Positions 61,936-64,000 of a DNA stretch of 64,000 nt are shown here, piece after piece (position 1 is the first letter of the stretch; each line of letters begins with the position of its first letter). Under the pieces are notes generated by a model that saw only the letters and a program-made list of their open reading frames with translations, made no database searches and had not been told where the DNA came from. This DNA is from Chiloscyllium plagiosum (taxonomy: Eukaryota). Position numbers and translations under genes: made by a program. The stretch lies in NCBI RefSeq assembly GCF_004010195.1, contig NC_057718.1:49501239-49565238 (forward strand). The letters are read 5' to 3'.

Positions 61936-64000
61936 TAGGTTCATATATATAACGGAGAGAAAGAAAGTAGAAGACATAGCCAGAGATAGTGCCAGAAGCA
62001 GAATGATAAGGTTGAATGAGACCAGATGGATCTGGGCCCTGACATTATAACTTTATTGCAGCTCATGTAGGGCCTCAGTCTGCTTAATGGACTAACAAGA
62101 GTGGTTAGTGTTCTAACATAGTGGTTTTTGTTGAATTAAGGATAATGGGCAGGATCGCAACATTGGAGTCCCAGTGAGAGGGCCTCAGCATTGGACACAA
62201 GCAGACTCTTTGGAAGAAATGGTTGCTGCAGAGACCACACGAGAAAGCCTGAGAATTCATTAAAAAGAAAACATTCTCAGATGTCACCTGCTGAATATAT
62301 TTTTAAAGCTGCCCAGGGATTATTAGGATTATCAATGTGGAAGGGGACTCTTATGTCTCAATCATTAGATGTTTAGAGAAGTTCGATGGTGCCGTAACCT
62401 GCCACTGGCTGCCTCTATGTAGTTTTAAAACTCCAGGTTCAGTGGTCAAGGGTGGGGAGGGGGAAGGGAAGGCGGAGGGCTTTAACCCATCAGCACTAAT
62501 AAAATTCTACCATCTTGGGATAAGTCACTTAACTGGAGCCTTAAACAGAACTATTAGCTGCCTGCCTATGTGGTGAAAGCTGTTGATTTCATTGGAACCA
62601 CCAACAGAATGTCAACGAGTGGCAGAACAACACTGGGGAGAACTTGCCACACACCTTCACTCTACCTTCTAGTTCCAACTCCGTAATGGTCTCCACAGGG
62701 CCAGGAAAATTAAACTTTTATGATGAGAATGAAGTAGATATCTACACAGCAGTTACTAATAGGTATATGACATTCCAGCTGTCAGGCTTTACATTTACAT
62801 ATGTAAAAGCTGCTTGATTCTGGAGTTATGACATATAAACTAACTTGTAATTGATCATGAGGCATTTAGAAATATTTCCACAGGATTATTTCAAACATGT
62901 AGTTTAAGAAATAAAATTGACAAGCAATGCAAGACCCCAACTTACTCAAGAAGATAATAGGTCCCCTACTTGTTGAAACATGTATATTTTCCTTTCAATC
63001 AGAAAAGTATCTGGAGGCATGGTAGCTCAAATTCTTTTCAGATAAACATTATTGTGGAAATTTCTAAATGGTGTTGCGATACAGTGACAGCAAGGCAAAC
63101 CAAATCAGCCTCACTGTCGCTGGATTCACAGCATAGTGAAATTAAAACATTGAGTGACCCTCAAATTTGTTCAATTGTTTTTAGCCAGACTTTATGAATA
63201 ATGGTTCTTGGACACCAAGTTTATAACTTAAACAAAATTGATAATTTATTATTGATAATGTAAATTTAGCAGAACACAGATAAACAATGAAGCCATCAAA
63301 TTGAATACCTATAATCTAAGACCAACCTTCTTTGTTCATAACTACCAATCACACACTGACTGACACAGTTAAGGGAAAAGTTAAAGAGGAAAATTAACAC
63401 ATTATAATTTGCCAGTTTGATAATCATTTCAGCGATGAATACCATGCCTTCATGAAATCCTCAGAACCTGGGTTGTATTACAAGCATATAGGCTTGCATA
63501 TCATGTTTTAGTTATGAAGTAACAGGTCAACGTAAACCTCAGAAAACTTTCAGAATTATTCACCACTTCTTACATACTAGGATTCTTTTCTCAGAGCATT
63601 CAACAAGTCAATAGCTGGAGTGAAACAACAGGGACAAAAACAAAAGCAACACTGTCCAATAGCTTCCAAAACTCAAAACTGCCTGCTGCTGAAAAGCTAG
63701 TCAGAACCAGTTCACTCTTTGTTTTATCCTTTTTGCTTCAACATTCTCTTTGATTGGTTGACCAACACTCTCTTGATTAATCAATTGAATGTCCATCCTG
63801 TTGCCAGTCCTTGAGCATAGCAACATCTCAAACTTTGACACTGTCCTTAGAGCAATAATTAATCTGCATCATCCTTCCAGGCCAGTTCCCAACAAACATC
63901 TGCCTTTTGTTCTCTCGTTTGATTTTAAAACAAACTGTTCTTCAAAGCTGAAAGTTCAATTTTTAACTTCAACTTACTAAGTCAAACCAAAGTGAGAAAA

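Overview
Eukaryotic, AT-rich, repeat-dominated window with no recognisable host protein-coding exon. It is probably intergenic or deep intronic. The repeat complement (HE1/V-type tRNA-derived SINEs, a Deu-domain SINE, many CR1 LINE fragments, a Rex1/Babar LINE, Gypsy remnants and solo LTRs, decayed PIF/Harbinger, Penelope-like elements) points to a cartilaginous fish, probably a shark (inference). The most notable structure is a set of about 15 Penelope-like (PLE) insertions belonging to three sequence families. Their pseudo-LTRs carry a minimal type I hammerhead ribozyme motif (CUGANGA-A-stem II-GAAA-palindromic stem III), intact, decayed or partly deleted depending on the copy. Many are 90-330 bp monomers or fold-back palindromes with 10-15 bp target-site duplications (TSDs), and their ends or inversion points often map to the ribozyme. 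One 1.7 kb internally inverted PLE (54513-56183) retains the ORF N-terminus and the GIY-YIG C-terminus. All family names come from motif recognition, not database searches, and boundaries of decayed elements are approximate.
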